A DNA stretch of 64,000 nucleotides. Origin: Halieaceae bacterium (GTDB lineage: Bacteria > Pseudomonadota > Gammaproteobacteria > Pseudomonadales > Halieaceae). The position numbers were made by a program, and so were the translations under genes. Shown here piece after piece: positions 7,500 through 15,467 of this stretch. Location: positions 13,567 through 77,566 of the forward strand of contig JAYPVH010000008.1 of the NCBI GenBank assembly GCA_038134505.1, in the 5' to 3' direction. The notes under the pieces are model-generated. The model did not search any database. It had not been told where the DNA came from and saw nothing but the letters and a program-made list of their open reading frames with translations. Position 1 is the stretch's first letter. The number at the start of each line of letters is the position of its first letter.

Positions 7500-8743
7500 C
7501 GGTTGTTCTCGACATTCTCGATCGTGAAATCACCTGTTGGGTAGGGGATGATGCCGTCGTTTCTCCGGGTTTCGCCCACTTTGCACAGAATCAGTATCAC
7601 TTTGGAGCCCAAGCACAACAGATGGCGCGCATCGCACCGAGAGAGGTGAATACGCGCTACTGGACTCGGCTGAGCACTGACCCATTGGTGCCGGCTATCG
7701 GCCCCGCGCGCCACACTGCGGATTTGGCTCACAGTCATTTGCAAACTCTTTTGCAGCAAGCGGGGCAACCCAACGACGCGCTCATTAGCGTCTCGGGCCA
7801 AATGACACCCAGTCAACTGTCGTTACTCATGGGTATCTTGCAGAGTCTGGGGGTAACGACCTCAGCTGTGGTGCACCGCAGTCTGCTAGTGGCCGCGGGC
7901 CACGACGCGCAATGGCACTGCGAAGTCCAGCTACATCAAACGCTGGTCACCCCACTCAGCCGGGAAGGCGGAAGGCTGACCGCCGGGAGCAGCATTGAAT
8001 TGGTGCACTTGGGCAGCCTCTCATTACTCGATCGCCTCGGACACCGCGTGGCCGACGCGTTTATCACACAGACTCGCTTTGATCCGCATAAGCGCGCGAC
8101 CACCGAACAGGCGCTGTTCGACGCACTGCCCGACATGCTATCGGCCCTGCGCCAACACAGCGAAACGCAGGTCACGATTGAAGGCTACAGCGCGCGGATC
8201 ACACGCGACAGCCTGATCGATATTGGCACGCAGGCAGCTAGCGAACTGTCAGCTGTCGTCGGACCCAACGGTTCGGTCATGCTCGATGCCGCCTTGGCCG
8301 ACTTTCCCGGATTCGCGATCCCTTGCGCCACGTTCGTCACGCCCACTGAGCAGATCCCGACAATTTTTCTGCGCGAGGCGCAGAGTCTGACGGCCGACCC
8401 CTCGGAGCTCGTGTTTCATCGTTCGATCAGCGACGCAGTCGATGCGACAACCCATGACAAGGCAGACCCCGATACGACCTTCCTCTCGGAGTCCAGTGAC
8501 AACGCTGCTCAGCCGACTCACCTGCTCGAGGGAGATACAGCCTTCGCGCTGGGTCGCGTTATGACACTCGACAATGGCACAGTCCTGCTCGCTGCAGCCG
8601 ATGGCTTGCGCCTCGGCCAAGGGCACCCGCGCGCCCTCACTGTCAATGGCGAAGCAGCGATCGCAGGTCAGGCACTTCATATCGGCGATGAGCTGGCGGA
8701 TTCGGATGGCGTTATCGGCCGCTTGATCGCTGTACGCGGGTGA
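7496..8743 (+). CDS. soluble hypothetical protein; the N-terminal half weakly resembles a degenerate Hsp70/actin-fold nucleotide-binding domain
   Basis: ATGA overlap with the MotA-like stop. No TM segment or signal peptide. VVLDILDREITCWVG... aligns positionally with the Hsp70 IGIDLGTTNSCVAV phosphate-1 loop, but the motif is degenerate. ALISVSGQMTPSQLSLLMGILQSLGVTTSAVVHRSLLVAAG parallels [41 protein letters not shown]. The C-terminal ~70 aa look like a small beta domain. Confidence 0.6.
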   Translation: MTVVLDILDREITCWVGDDAVVSPGFAHFAQNQYHFGAQAQQMARIAPREVNTRYWTRLSTDPLVPAIGPARHTADLAHSHLQTLLQQAGQPNDALISVSGQMTPSQLSLLMGILQSLGVTTSAVVHRSLLVAAGHDAQWHCEVQLHQTLVTPLSREGGRLTAGSSIELVHLGSLSLLDRLGHRVADAFITQTRFDPHKRATTEQALFDALPDMLSALRQHSETQVTIEGYSARITRDSLIDIGTQAASELSAVVGPNGSVMLDAALADFPGFAIPCATFVTPTEQIPTIFLREAQSLTADPSELVFHRSISDAVDATTHDKADPDTTFLSESSDNAAQPTHLLEGDTAFALGRVMTLDNGTVLLAAADGLRLGQGHPRALTVNGEAAIAGQALHIGDELADSDGVIGRLIAVRG

Positions 8744-8746
8744 ATT

Positions 8747-9838
8747 GTGGCGCGTCGCAAGCGACAAGCATCGACGTTTAACTTAAGCTTCCTCGACATT
8801 ATGTCTTGCGGATTCGGCGCGGTCGTTCTGGTGTTTCTCATCATCGATCACGCGATAGAAGTGGAATATAAGACCCTCAACGCCGACGTGCTATCAGAAA
8901 TCGCACTTCTCGATGAGGACATTCGTGAAGGCGAAGCCGGGCTCGTTCGTTTGCGCAACGCGCTCACAGATGCCGATGCCGATATCGTCGAAGCACAGGG
9001 ACTGGCTTCGCGTGTTACCGAAGAACTCAGTCGCTTTGAAGCCCTCATCGCAGCGATGGAAGAATCAGGAGTGACCACCGATGCCGATATCGAAGCCATC
9101 AAGGCGGAGATCAACCGACTCGAACAAGAGGTCAAAGAGCTGCGCGAATCGGCTGAAGCCGATGGAGGGCGCAGCGCCCGTGATTTTAGTGGCGATGGGC
9201 AGAGGCAATATCTTACGGGATTGAATCTCGGCGGCTCCCGCATACTGATCCTGCTCGATGCCTCAGCGAGTATGCTGTCTGATCAGTTAGTCAATATTAT
9301 TCGGCTGCGGAATATGGACGAGGCCTTACAACTGTCCGCAGAAAAGTGGGTCCGCGCACGCTCGACAGTGGACTGGCTCATGGCGCAGCTGCCGATAAAC
9401 TCACGATTCCAACTGGTGGTCTTCAACACGCAAGCGCGATTTGTGCTGCCTGAGACGGCAAACATTTGGATCGATGTCGCAGATAGCGACAAACTCGAAA
9501 AGCTCTCGGAAGGTCTCGGTCGCCTGCGGCCCGAGGGTGGCACCAGTTTGCACAACGCCTTCAGTCAGGCCAATGCGTTCAATTCTCGACCTGATAACAT
9601 TTTTTTGATTACCGACGGCCTGCCCACACAGGGCACCAAGCCGCCGCGAGGCCCCACTATCAGCGGGCCCGATCGGTTGCGATTATTTCGCGAGGCCGCC
9701 AAGCTCTTACCCAAGGGGGTCCCTGTCAATATTATCTTGGCGCCGATGGAGGGCGATCCATTAGCGGCCTCGGAATTTTGGCGGCTGGCACAGGATTCTG
9801 GGGGCAGTTTTATGAGCCCCGCCAGAGATTGGCCCTGA
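8747..9838 (+). CDS. ExbD/TolR-like TM anchor + coiled coil + von Willebrand factor A (vWA) domain protein
   Basis: GTG start 4 nt after the upstream stop. The N-terminus RRKRQASTFNLSFLDIMSCGFGAVVLVFLII resembles the ExbD/TolR TM with Asp (D17, nt 8795-8797). aa ~36-140 are heptad-like and E/A/L/R-rich. The vWA MIDAS is ILILLD171ASAS (nt 9257-9271), followed by GGTS and FLITDGLPT. Confidence 0.85.
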   Translation: MARRKRQASTFNLSFLDIMSCGFGAVVLVFLIIDHAIEVEYKTLNADVLSEIALLDEDIREGEAGLVRLRNALTDADADIVEAQGLASRVTEELSRFEALIAAMEESGVTTDADIEAIKAEINRLEQEVKELRESAEADGGRSARDFSGDGQRQYLTGLNLGGSRILILLDASASMLSDQLVNIIRLRNMDEALQLSAEKWVRARSTVDWLMAQLPINSRFQLVVFNTQARFVLPETANIWIDVADSDKLEKLSEGLGRLRPEGGTSLHNAFSQANAFNSRPDNIFLITDGLPTQGTKPPRGPTISGPDRLRLFREAAKLLPKGVPVNIILAPMEGDPLAASEFWRLAQDSGGSFMSPARDWP

Positions 9839-9843
9839 GGTGA

Positions 9844-10845
9844 ATGATGCGAAGTCGACGCGCGCCCGCTGAATTTTCGATCTCCTTTTTGGATGTGATC
9901 TGCTGTGGCTTCGGTGCAGTCATTCTCTTGCTCATGATCACCAAAACGGTACAACCGCAAATTCTTGAGCAATCCAGCATCGTGGCTGAAGGTCGTGTGG
10001 CTGAGTTAACTGAACAATTGTTTGAAATTCGCGGAGAGACGCGGATTTTGAACCGCGATCTCACAGTGAAGCGCGAACAAATTTCCAGTTATGAGGAGCG
10101 CATTGCGGTGCTACAGGGCGCACTCGCCAGTGCGCGAGCACGACACGATACGCTGAATACATCGCGCAACGCGAACAGCATTATTCTCGATCAACTGGCG
10201 ATCGCGAGGCAGCGCCTGACTGATGAAGAGCGACGTCTGCTGGGTGACCGCTACGAAAGCAAAAACAACCTGATCGGTGGGATACCTGTCGACAGCGAAT
10301 ACATTATTTTTATCATCGACACATCGGGGTCAATGTTCTCCTACGCCTGGCCTCGCATGCTCAAAGAGATGGAGGCGACGCTCAACATCTACCCAGAAGT
10401 CAAAGGGATTCAGGTCTTAAACGACATGGGTAACTACCTGTTTAGCCGCTACCGCGGGCAATGGATTCCCGATACCCCAGCGCGACGTGACCTCATCCTG
10501 CGCAGTTTGGCCAACTGGAATGTATTCTCAAACTCGTCCCCTGTGGAGGGTCTGACCGCGGCGATCCGATCCTTCTATGATCCTGGGAAAAAGATTTCAA
10601 TCTATGTTTTCGGCGACGAATTTACAGGTGAGTCGATTGAGAGCGTGGTCCGCACCGTCGATCAACTCAACAGTGAGACGACCTCAGGACAGCGCCGAGT
10701 CAGGATCCATGCTGTGGGTTTCCCAGTCCAGTTCATTCGACCACCCGAGCTACAAACAACCGGCATTCGGTTTGCTACACTGATGCGTGAGTTGGCCTAC
10801 AAAAATGGTGGCACATTTGTCGGACTCAATGATTTTCGGCCCTAG
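9844..10845 (+). CDS. ExbD/TolR-like TM anchor + coiled coil + vWA domain protein (paralog of 8747..9838)
   Basis: GAGGTGA lies immediately upstream of the ATG. The N-terminus RSRRAPAEFSISFLDVICCGFGAVILLLMIT shares the pattern of the preceding gene (D17, nt 9892-9894). Coiled-coil-like aa ~40-135. The vWA has IIFIID159TSGS (nt 10318-10332), but the downstream MIDAS Thr/Asp positions look degenerate. Confidence 0.85.
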   Translation: MMRSRRAPAEFSISFLDVICCGFGAVILLLMITKTVQPQILEQSSIVAEGRVAELTEQLFEIRGETRILNRDLTVKREQISSYEERIAVLQGALASARARHDTLNTSRNANSIILDQLAIARQRLTDEERRLLGDRYESKNNLIGGIPVDSEYIIFIIDTSGSMFSYAWPRMLKEMEATLNIYPEVKGIQVLNDMGNYLFSRYRGQWIPDTPARRDLILRSLANWNVFSNSSPVEGLTAAIRSFYDPGKKISIYVFGDEFTGESIESVVRTVDQLNSETTSGQRRVRIHAVGFPVQFIRPPELQTTGIRFATLMRELAYKNGGTFVGLNDFRP

Positions 10846-10861
10846 ACCTTACGATTTGAAA

Positions 10862-11524
10862 ATGATCGCGCTCGTCGCGGTGATGGCATTGTCTGGGTGT
10901 AGCAACAAGCAGGTCATCGTCACCGGCAATTTCCCTACGCCGACCATGACCAAAGTTCAAACGACCCTCGGAGTGGTGTATTCACCTGAATTCGCCAACC
11001 ACGAATTTTTCGACGAAGCCAAAGGGCGCAACGAATCCTCTTGGCTGGTCCAGACAGGTACCGCCCAAGTCGAGTTTTGGAATACTTTCCTGCCGGGAAT
11101 GTTCGAGCGTGTCGTGGTGATTGGTTCAGATGAAGACTGGCACACTCACCACGAATCCCTAGACGCCGTATTGATACCACAGGTGGCCGAACTGCAATAC
11201 GCCATCCCCTTGCACACCAATGTGAAAGTCTATGAAATTTGGTTGCGCTATCAATTTAGACTGGTCACGCCTGAGGCAATTCACGCGCACGAGGCGGAAA
11301 GCCTCATGTTTAATCCAGCCGAGGATATTGCCAGCTTTACACTAACGGCCTACGGGAAAACCCCCTCAGCATTCATGCAATCTGATACCGACGCTGTAAA
11401 TTATGCAGCCATCGTTGCGCTGCGCGATGCGGGCGCCAACTTTGTCACCCAATTTGACCGTATTCCCGCAGTCGCGACATGGCTCCTAGCGCTGGGAGAG
11501 GATACGCCGGGAGAGGCGCCATGA
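10862..11524 (+). CDS. putative lipoprotein (hypothetical)
   Basis: ATG 10862 lies 17 nt after the upstream stop and gives MIALVAVMALSG-C with a lipobox. The longer ORF start at 10787 would overlap the vWA gene. The stop overlaps the next start (ATGA at 11521). Confidence 0.65.
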   Translation: MIALVAVMALSGCSNKQVIVTGNFPTPTMTKVQTTLGVVYSPEFANHEFFDEAKGRNESSWLVQTGTAQVEFWNTFLPGMFERVVVIGSDEDWHTHHESLDAVLIPQVAELQYAIPLHTNVKVYEIWLRYQFRLVTPEAIHAHEAESLMFNPAEDIASFTLTAYGKTPSAFMQSDTDAVNYAAIVALRDAGANFVTQFDRIPAVATWLLALGEDTPGEAP

Positions 11525-12186
11525 TAGCCAATCCGCGACTCCCACTGTCTCTGGTGCTTGTGCTCTCGCTACAGGCCTGCGTCAGCGCGACGGTCAATGA
11601 AATGACCTACAACGAGCCTGAAGCGGGTATCGGTGATGCCGCCCTTGTCATCTTGGGGCGCCGTCATGCACCTGACTACGACACCGAGTTCGATTTCATC
11701 GATTGTGTTGGCAAAGTGATTCATAGTGGCGATCCAAGCATCACGGTCATCAACGAGCGGCAATTTATCGATCGCCTCTACCCCTGGTTCGAACCACGAA
11801 TTGCCCCTATGCAACCGTCTGATATCGATCGATTACGCGCACAAGAGCCAATTCAAGAGCAGCTCAGCCGGTTTGGTATTGAATACATGATCTGGATAGA
11901 CGGCACCACGATCGAAACCAACAGCACAGGCTCAATGACCTGTGGTGTTGGGCCCGGTGGCGCGGGTTGTTTTGGCTTTGGTACTTGGGGGAATGAAGCC
12001 AACTATGAAGCGACCATCTGGAATCTGAACGAGCAAGCAGAGGTGGGAAAGGTCAGTGCGGAAACCAGCGGCCAGAGTTATATGCCCGCGGTGATTGTAC
12101 CCATCCCGATTATCGCGCCGGTTCAAGACACCGCCTGTGAGAGTCTGGGTCTGCAGCTGCTGCAATATTTCTCCTCGGAGCATTGA
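11521..12186 (+). CDS. putative lipoprotein (hypothetical)
   Basis: ATG 11521 gives MIANPRLPLSLVLVLSLQA-C with a lipobox. Translationally coupled to the upstream gene. Contains the Gly-rich loop CGVGPGGAGCFGFGTWG. Confidence 0.65.
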   Translation: MIANPRLPLSLVLVLSLQACVSATVNEMTYNEPEAGIGDAALVILGRRHAPDYDTEFDFIDCVGKVIHSGDPSITVINERQFIDRLYPWFEPRIAPMQPSDIDRLRAQEPIQEQLSRFGIEYMIWIDGTTIETNSTGSMTCGVGPGGAGCFGFGTWGNEANYEATIWNLNEQAEVGKVSAETSGQSYMPAVIVPIPIIAPVQDTACESLGLQLLQYFSSEH

Positions 12187-12188
12187 TC

Positions 12189-13598
12189 ATGCGAGCCATT
12201 GTTTTGGGTCTATCAATATCGATGATCTTAGGCTGTGCCAGTAGCGGATCTACAGTCACAGTCGGCGGTAGACCGGTGTCTATGCCCTCGGACACCGCTG
12301 AGGAGCATGAAAAACTGATTGAGAATGTGGGTCTCTATGACGATCCCGAACTCGCCGCCTATGTCGAGCGTATAGGACAACAATTGGTCGCCAACTCGCG
12401 TATGCCCAAGCAAACATTCACCTTCACACTACTCGATTCACCCGACATTAACGCCTTCGCGTTACCCGGTGGCTTCATCTACGTGAACCGAGGCTTACTG
12501 GCCTACCTCGACAGTGAGGCAGAACTCGCGGCTGTCTTGGCCCATGAAATTGGGCACATCACTGAGCGACATCACAGTCGGCGTAAGACGCAGAGCGTGA
12601 CCTCGCAGGTTGCCGCTGTGACCGCATATATCCTCACGGGATCGGGTCAGATCTACGATGCGGCCTCGATGTATGGGGCAGAGCTGATCTCAGGTTTCGG
12701 GCGTGACATGGAGCTTGAGGCGGATGCCGCTGGCGCTGAGACGATGCATCGCACAGGCTATGAGGCCGATGCGATGCTCTCTGTCATTGGCGTCCTGAAG
12801 GACCAGGAACAGTATCGACGCGTGCAAGCGCGCGCGTCAGGAAAACCCTCTGGTACGTATCATGGGCTGTACTCTAGCCATCCGCGAAATGACCTACGCT
12901 TGCAGACCGTCATCCGGACGGCGAGTGCTCTCGATATCGACAACCAACCCGAGAATCCTGAGCAACCCGGCGTCTTTCAAACTCAGGTCGAGGGCCTCGT
13001 ATTTGGTGCCAGTGCCGAAGCGCAGAGTGAACCCGATCGTTTCTATCACAACAACCTCGATTTCACATTTGCGCACCCGCCTGGTTGGTCGGTGGTACAG
13101 CAAAGCCGCGCCATCGTCGCCACCAATGCCGCGGGCGACGCGACACTGACGATTACCTTGGACCGAATCGAACCCGATAGCACCGCCTCACAAGCCCTAG
13201 AGGACGGTGCTGGGGGAACATTGAGTGACACCGAGGCCTTCGAGCAGTTTGGTTTGAACGGCGCCACCGCGCGCTCCTCGAGTGCAGACGCAACCCTGCG
13301 CCTCGCTGTGATCGATCACAGCTACCGATTTTTGTTTGAGGGCACGTCCAAAGACCTTGACGCTACAGACGCCGATTTTTTAGAGATGATCCGAAGCTTC
13401 AGACCGTTAGTCGCGCGTGAGAAGGTCACGGGTGTCAGTCGCACGCTGCACTATATACAAGTACCTAGGGGGGCAACGCTTGAGTCCCTATCGAGTAGCG
13501 CGCGCGTCCCTGATGCCGAGAACCAGCTACGCCTGATCAATGGCTACTATCCGGTCGGCGAGCCGCGTACCGGCGACTGGGTCAAAACCATTCGCTAA
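12189..13598 (+). CDS. M48-family zinc metalloprotease, lipoprotein
   Basis: Lipobox MILG-C. The HExxH zinc motif sits in LAHEIGHITERHH, and the DINAFALPGGFIYVNRGLL context is typical of M48 (HtpX/BepA-like) peptidases. Start is ATG 12189 (or TTG 12183), 3 nt after the upstream stop. Confidence 0.8.
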   Translation: MRAIVLGLSISMILGCASSGSTVTVGGRPVSMPSDTAEEHEKLIENVGLYDDPELAAYVERIGQQLVANSRMPKQTFTFTLLDSPDINAFALPGGFIYVNRGLLAYLDSEAELAAVLAHEIGHITERHHSRRKTQSVTSQVAAVTAYILTGSGQIYDAASMYGAELISGFGRDMELEADAAGAETMHRTGYEADAMLSVIGVLKDQEQYRRVQARASGKPSGTYHGLYSSHPRNDLRLQTVIRTASALDIDNQPENPEQPGVFQTQVEGLVFGASAEAQSEPDRFYHNNLDFTFAHPPGWSVVQQSRAIVATNAAGDATLTITLDRIEPDSTASQALEDGAGGTLSDTEAFEQFGLNGATARSSSADATLRLAVIDHSYRFLFEGTSKDLDATDADFLEMIRSFRPLVAREKVTGVSRTLHYIQVPRGATLESLSSSARVPDAENQLRLINGYYPVGEPRTGDWVKTIR

Positions 13599-13613
13599 CC
13601 CTACGGAGTCTCT

Positions 13614-15350
13614 ATGTCGGCTAATCGTCGGTCGCAACGTCGTCTTCTGTGCCTACTGCTATTGTGCTGCGCGAGTGCCTCTGCTGAGATCACGATCTAC
13701 ACCGCGCGATTGATCCGCACCATGGACCCATCAATGCCCACCGCCACGGCAGTGGCTGTAGAGGATGGTCGCATTCTATCGGTCGGATCACTCGATGCGC
13801 TGACGCCACTATTGGAAGATCCGTCCGATCATATTGATACGCAGTTTGCGGATGCAGTGCTCTTACCCGGATTCATTGATCCGCATGTTCACCCAATGCT
13901 ACCTGCAGTGCTGACACAGTTTCCCTTTCTCGCGCCCGATGACTGGCAGCTACCCACAGGTGATTTCCCAGCGGCGCGCACACCCGAGGCCTATCGTACG
14001 GCGCTGGTCGAACAGGTCCGATCGCACGACGACCCTGCAGTGCCTTTTGTGTCTTGGGGATACCACCCGCTGTGGCACGGTGCGCTCTGGCGCGAGGACC
14101 TCAATCAATTATTCGGCGATCAACCCGTCCTGTTGTGGCATCGATCGTTTCACGAGCTCATTGGCAATGACGCAGCCTGGAATCGACTCGGTATCACCGA
14201 GCAAGACGCGATCGCCGTTGGCGAGGCGGATTGGGCGCGAGGACATTTTTATGAAGGCGGCTTAAAGGCCGTCGCGCCAAAACTCACGTTCATCTTTGAG
14301 CCCACACGCTTCGCCCGGGGCCTGCAAAACTTCCTTGAAATGATGCACCAAGCGGGAGTGACGACGGCTCTGGATATGGGGACCGGTATTTTTGGCAACC
14401 CCGACCTAGAGATCAACAGTATTCGTGCCATCGCGGAGCAATCCCCCGTGGGGGTTCGTATTATTTTGACGCCGCTGATTCTCGACTTCATCGCGCGCGG
14501 TATCGGCCCTGATCAAGCGCTGGCAGAGATTCGACGGTGGCAAGCGCAGGATACCCCGCGTGTCAGCGTGGGGAATCATTTTAAGCTGATGCTGGACGGT
14601 GCGATCTTTTCTGGCTTGGCGCAAATGGGTGAACCCGGTTATCTCGACGGCCATGAGGGTGTTTGGATGGCAAGCCGAGAAACCACCCAGGCCTATGCCG
14701 AGGTCATGTGGCGAGCCAGCATACAACTCCATGCTCACAGCAATGGTGATGCGGCCACTGACTGGTTTCTCGATCTTCTCGATACGCTCCAGAGTCAGCG
14801 CCCGCGGGCTGACCATCGCACCACACTCGAGCACTTCGCCTACAGCACCGAGGTGCAGAGTCAGCGGTTAAAAGCGCTTGGGGCGCTGGTTTCGGCAAAC
14901 CCTTATTACCACTACATCCTCTCCGACATGTATGCCGATCGCTGGCTCGGCCCTGAGCGCGCTTTTGAGATGGTGAGGCTGGGGTCATTGGAGAGACAGC
15001 AGGTGCCCTTTGCTCTGCACTCTGACAGTCCCATGGCACCGCTATCGCCACTCACACTCATGTGGTCCGCAGTGGCCCGCGAAACAATGGGCGGTCGCGC
15101 TGGGCTTCGCACACAACAGTTATCTCGAGAGGCTGCATTGCGTGCGGTGACGATCGATGCGGCTTTCATCCTCGGTCGCGAGCAGGATCTCGGGTCGATC
15201 CGCACAGGGAAAATCGCCGATTTCACCGTACTCGCAGACGATCCGCTCACGGTGGAGCTCGACGCGCTGCCGACGCTGCCGGTCATCGCAACCATCTTTT
15301 CCGGCACACCCCACCACGTTAGTCGATCATCGCTGGGAGCGCGAGACTAG
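13614..15350 (+). CDS. secreted amidohydrolase-family (TIM-barrel metal-dependent hydrolase) protein
   Basis: Signal peptide LLCLLLLCCASASA. The metal-binding motif LLPGFIDPHVHP (HxH) and the ~570-aa length are typical of the amidohydrolase_3/YtcJ-like subgroup. GGAG lies upstream of the ATG, 15 nt after the M48 gene. Confidence 0.75.
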   Translation: MSANRRSQRRLLCLLLLCCASASAEITIYTARLIRTMDPSMPTATAVAVEDGRILSVGSLDALTPLLEDPSDHIDTQFADAVLLPGFIDPHVHPMLPAVLTQFPFLAPDDWQLPTGDFPAARTPEAYRTALVEQVRSHDDPAVPFVSWGYHPLWHGALWREDLNQLFGDQPVLLWHRSFHELIGNDAAWNRLGITEQDAIAVGEADWARGHFYEGGLKAVAPKLTFIFEPTRFARGLQNFLEMMHQAGVTTALDMGTGIFGNPDLEINSIRAIAEQSPVGVRIILTPLILDFIARGIGPDQALAEIRRWQAQDTPRVSVGNHFKLMLDGAIFSGLAQMGEPGYLDGHEGVWMASRETTQAYAEVMWRASIQLHAHSNGDAATDWFLDLLDTLQSQRPRADHRTTLEHFAYSTEVQSQRLKALGALVSANPYYHYILSDMYADRWLGPERAFEMVRLGSLERQQVPFALHSDSPMAPLSPLTLMWSAVARETMGGRAGLRTQQLSREAALRAVTIDAAFILGREQDLGSIRTGKIADFTVLADDPLTVELDALPTLPVIATIFSGTPHHVSRSSLGARD

Positions 15351-15467
15351 CGCCATCGCGCCCTGAATACGTATTCACAAACGCCTCTTAACCCTAGATT
15401 GTGCTGACCTCGGCCTGACTTCGGTGCACACTAAGTGCTTCATCGTCCCACCCTTTTAGGAACCGGT

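Noticed and set aside
6696-10845. Could the MotA-like gene plus its neighbours be a Zorya-type anti-phage system?
   Set aside because: No ZorB-like protein with a peptidoglycan-binding domain is present, and no ZorC/ZorD-like large helicase/nuclease proteins. The MotA-like protein has no long C-terminal tail, and the neighbours are lipoproteins and periplasmic scaffolds. A defence role cannot be excluded, but it is not Zorya as described.
8747-10845. Are the two TM-vWA proteins BatA/BatB of a Bat (aerotolerance) operon?
   Set aside because: No MoxR-type AAA+ ATPase or DUF58 gene is adjacent. The N-termini look ExbD/TolR-like and are followed by long coiled coils, unlike BatA/BatB. A MotA/ExbB gene is present instead.
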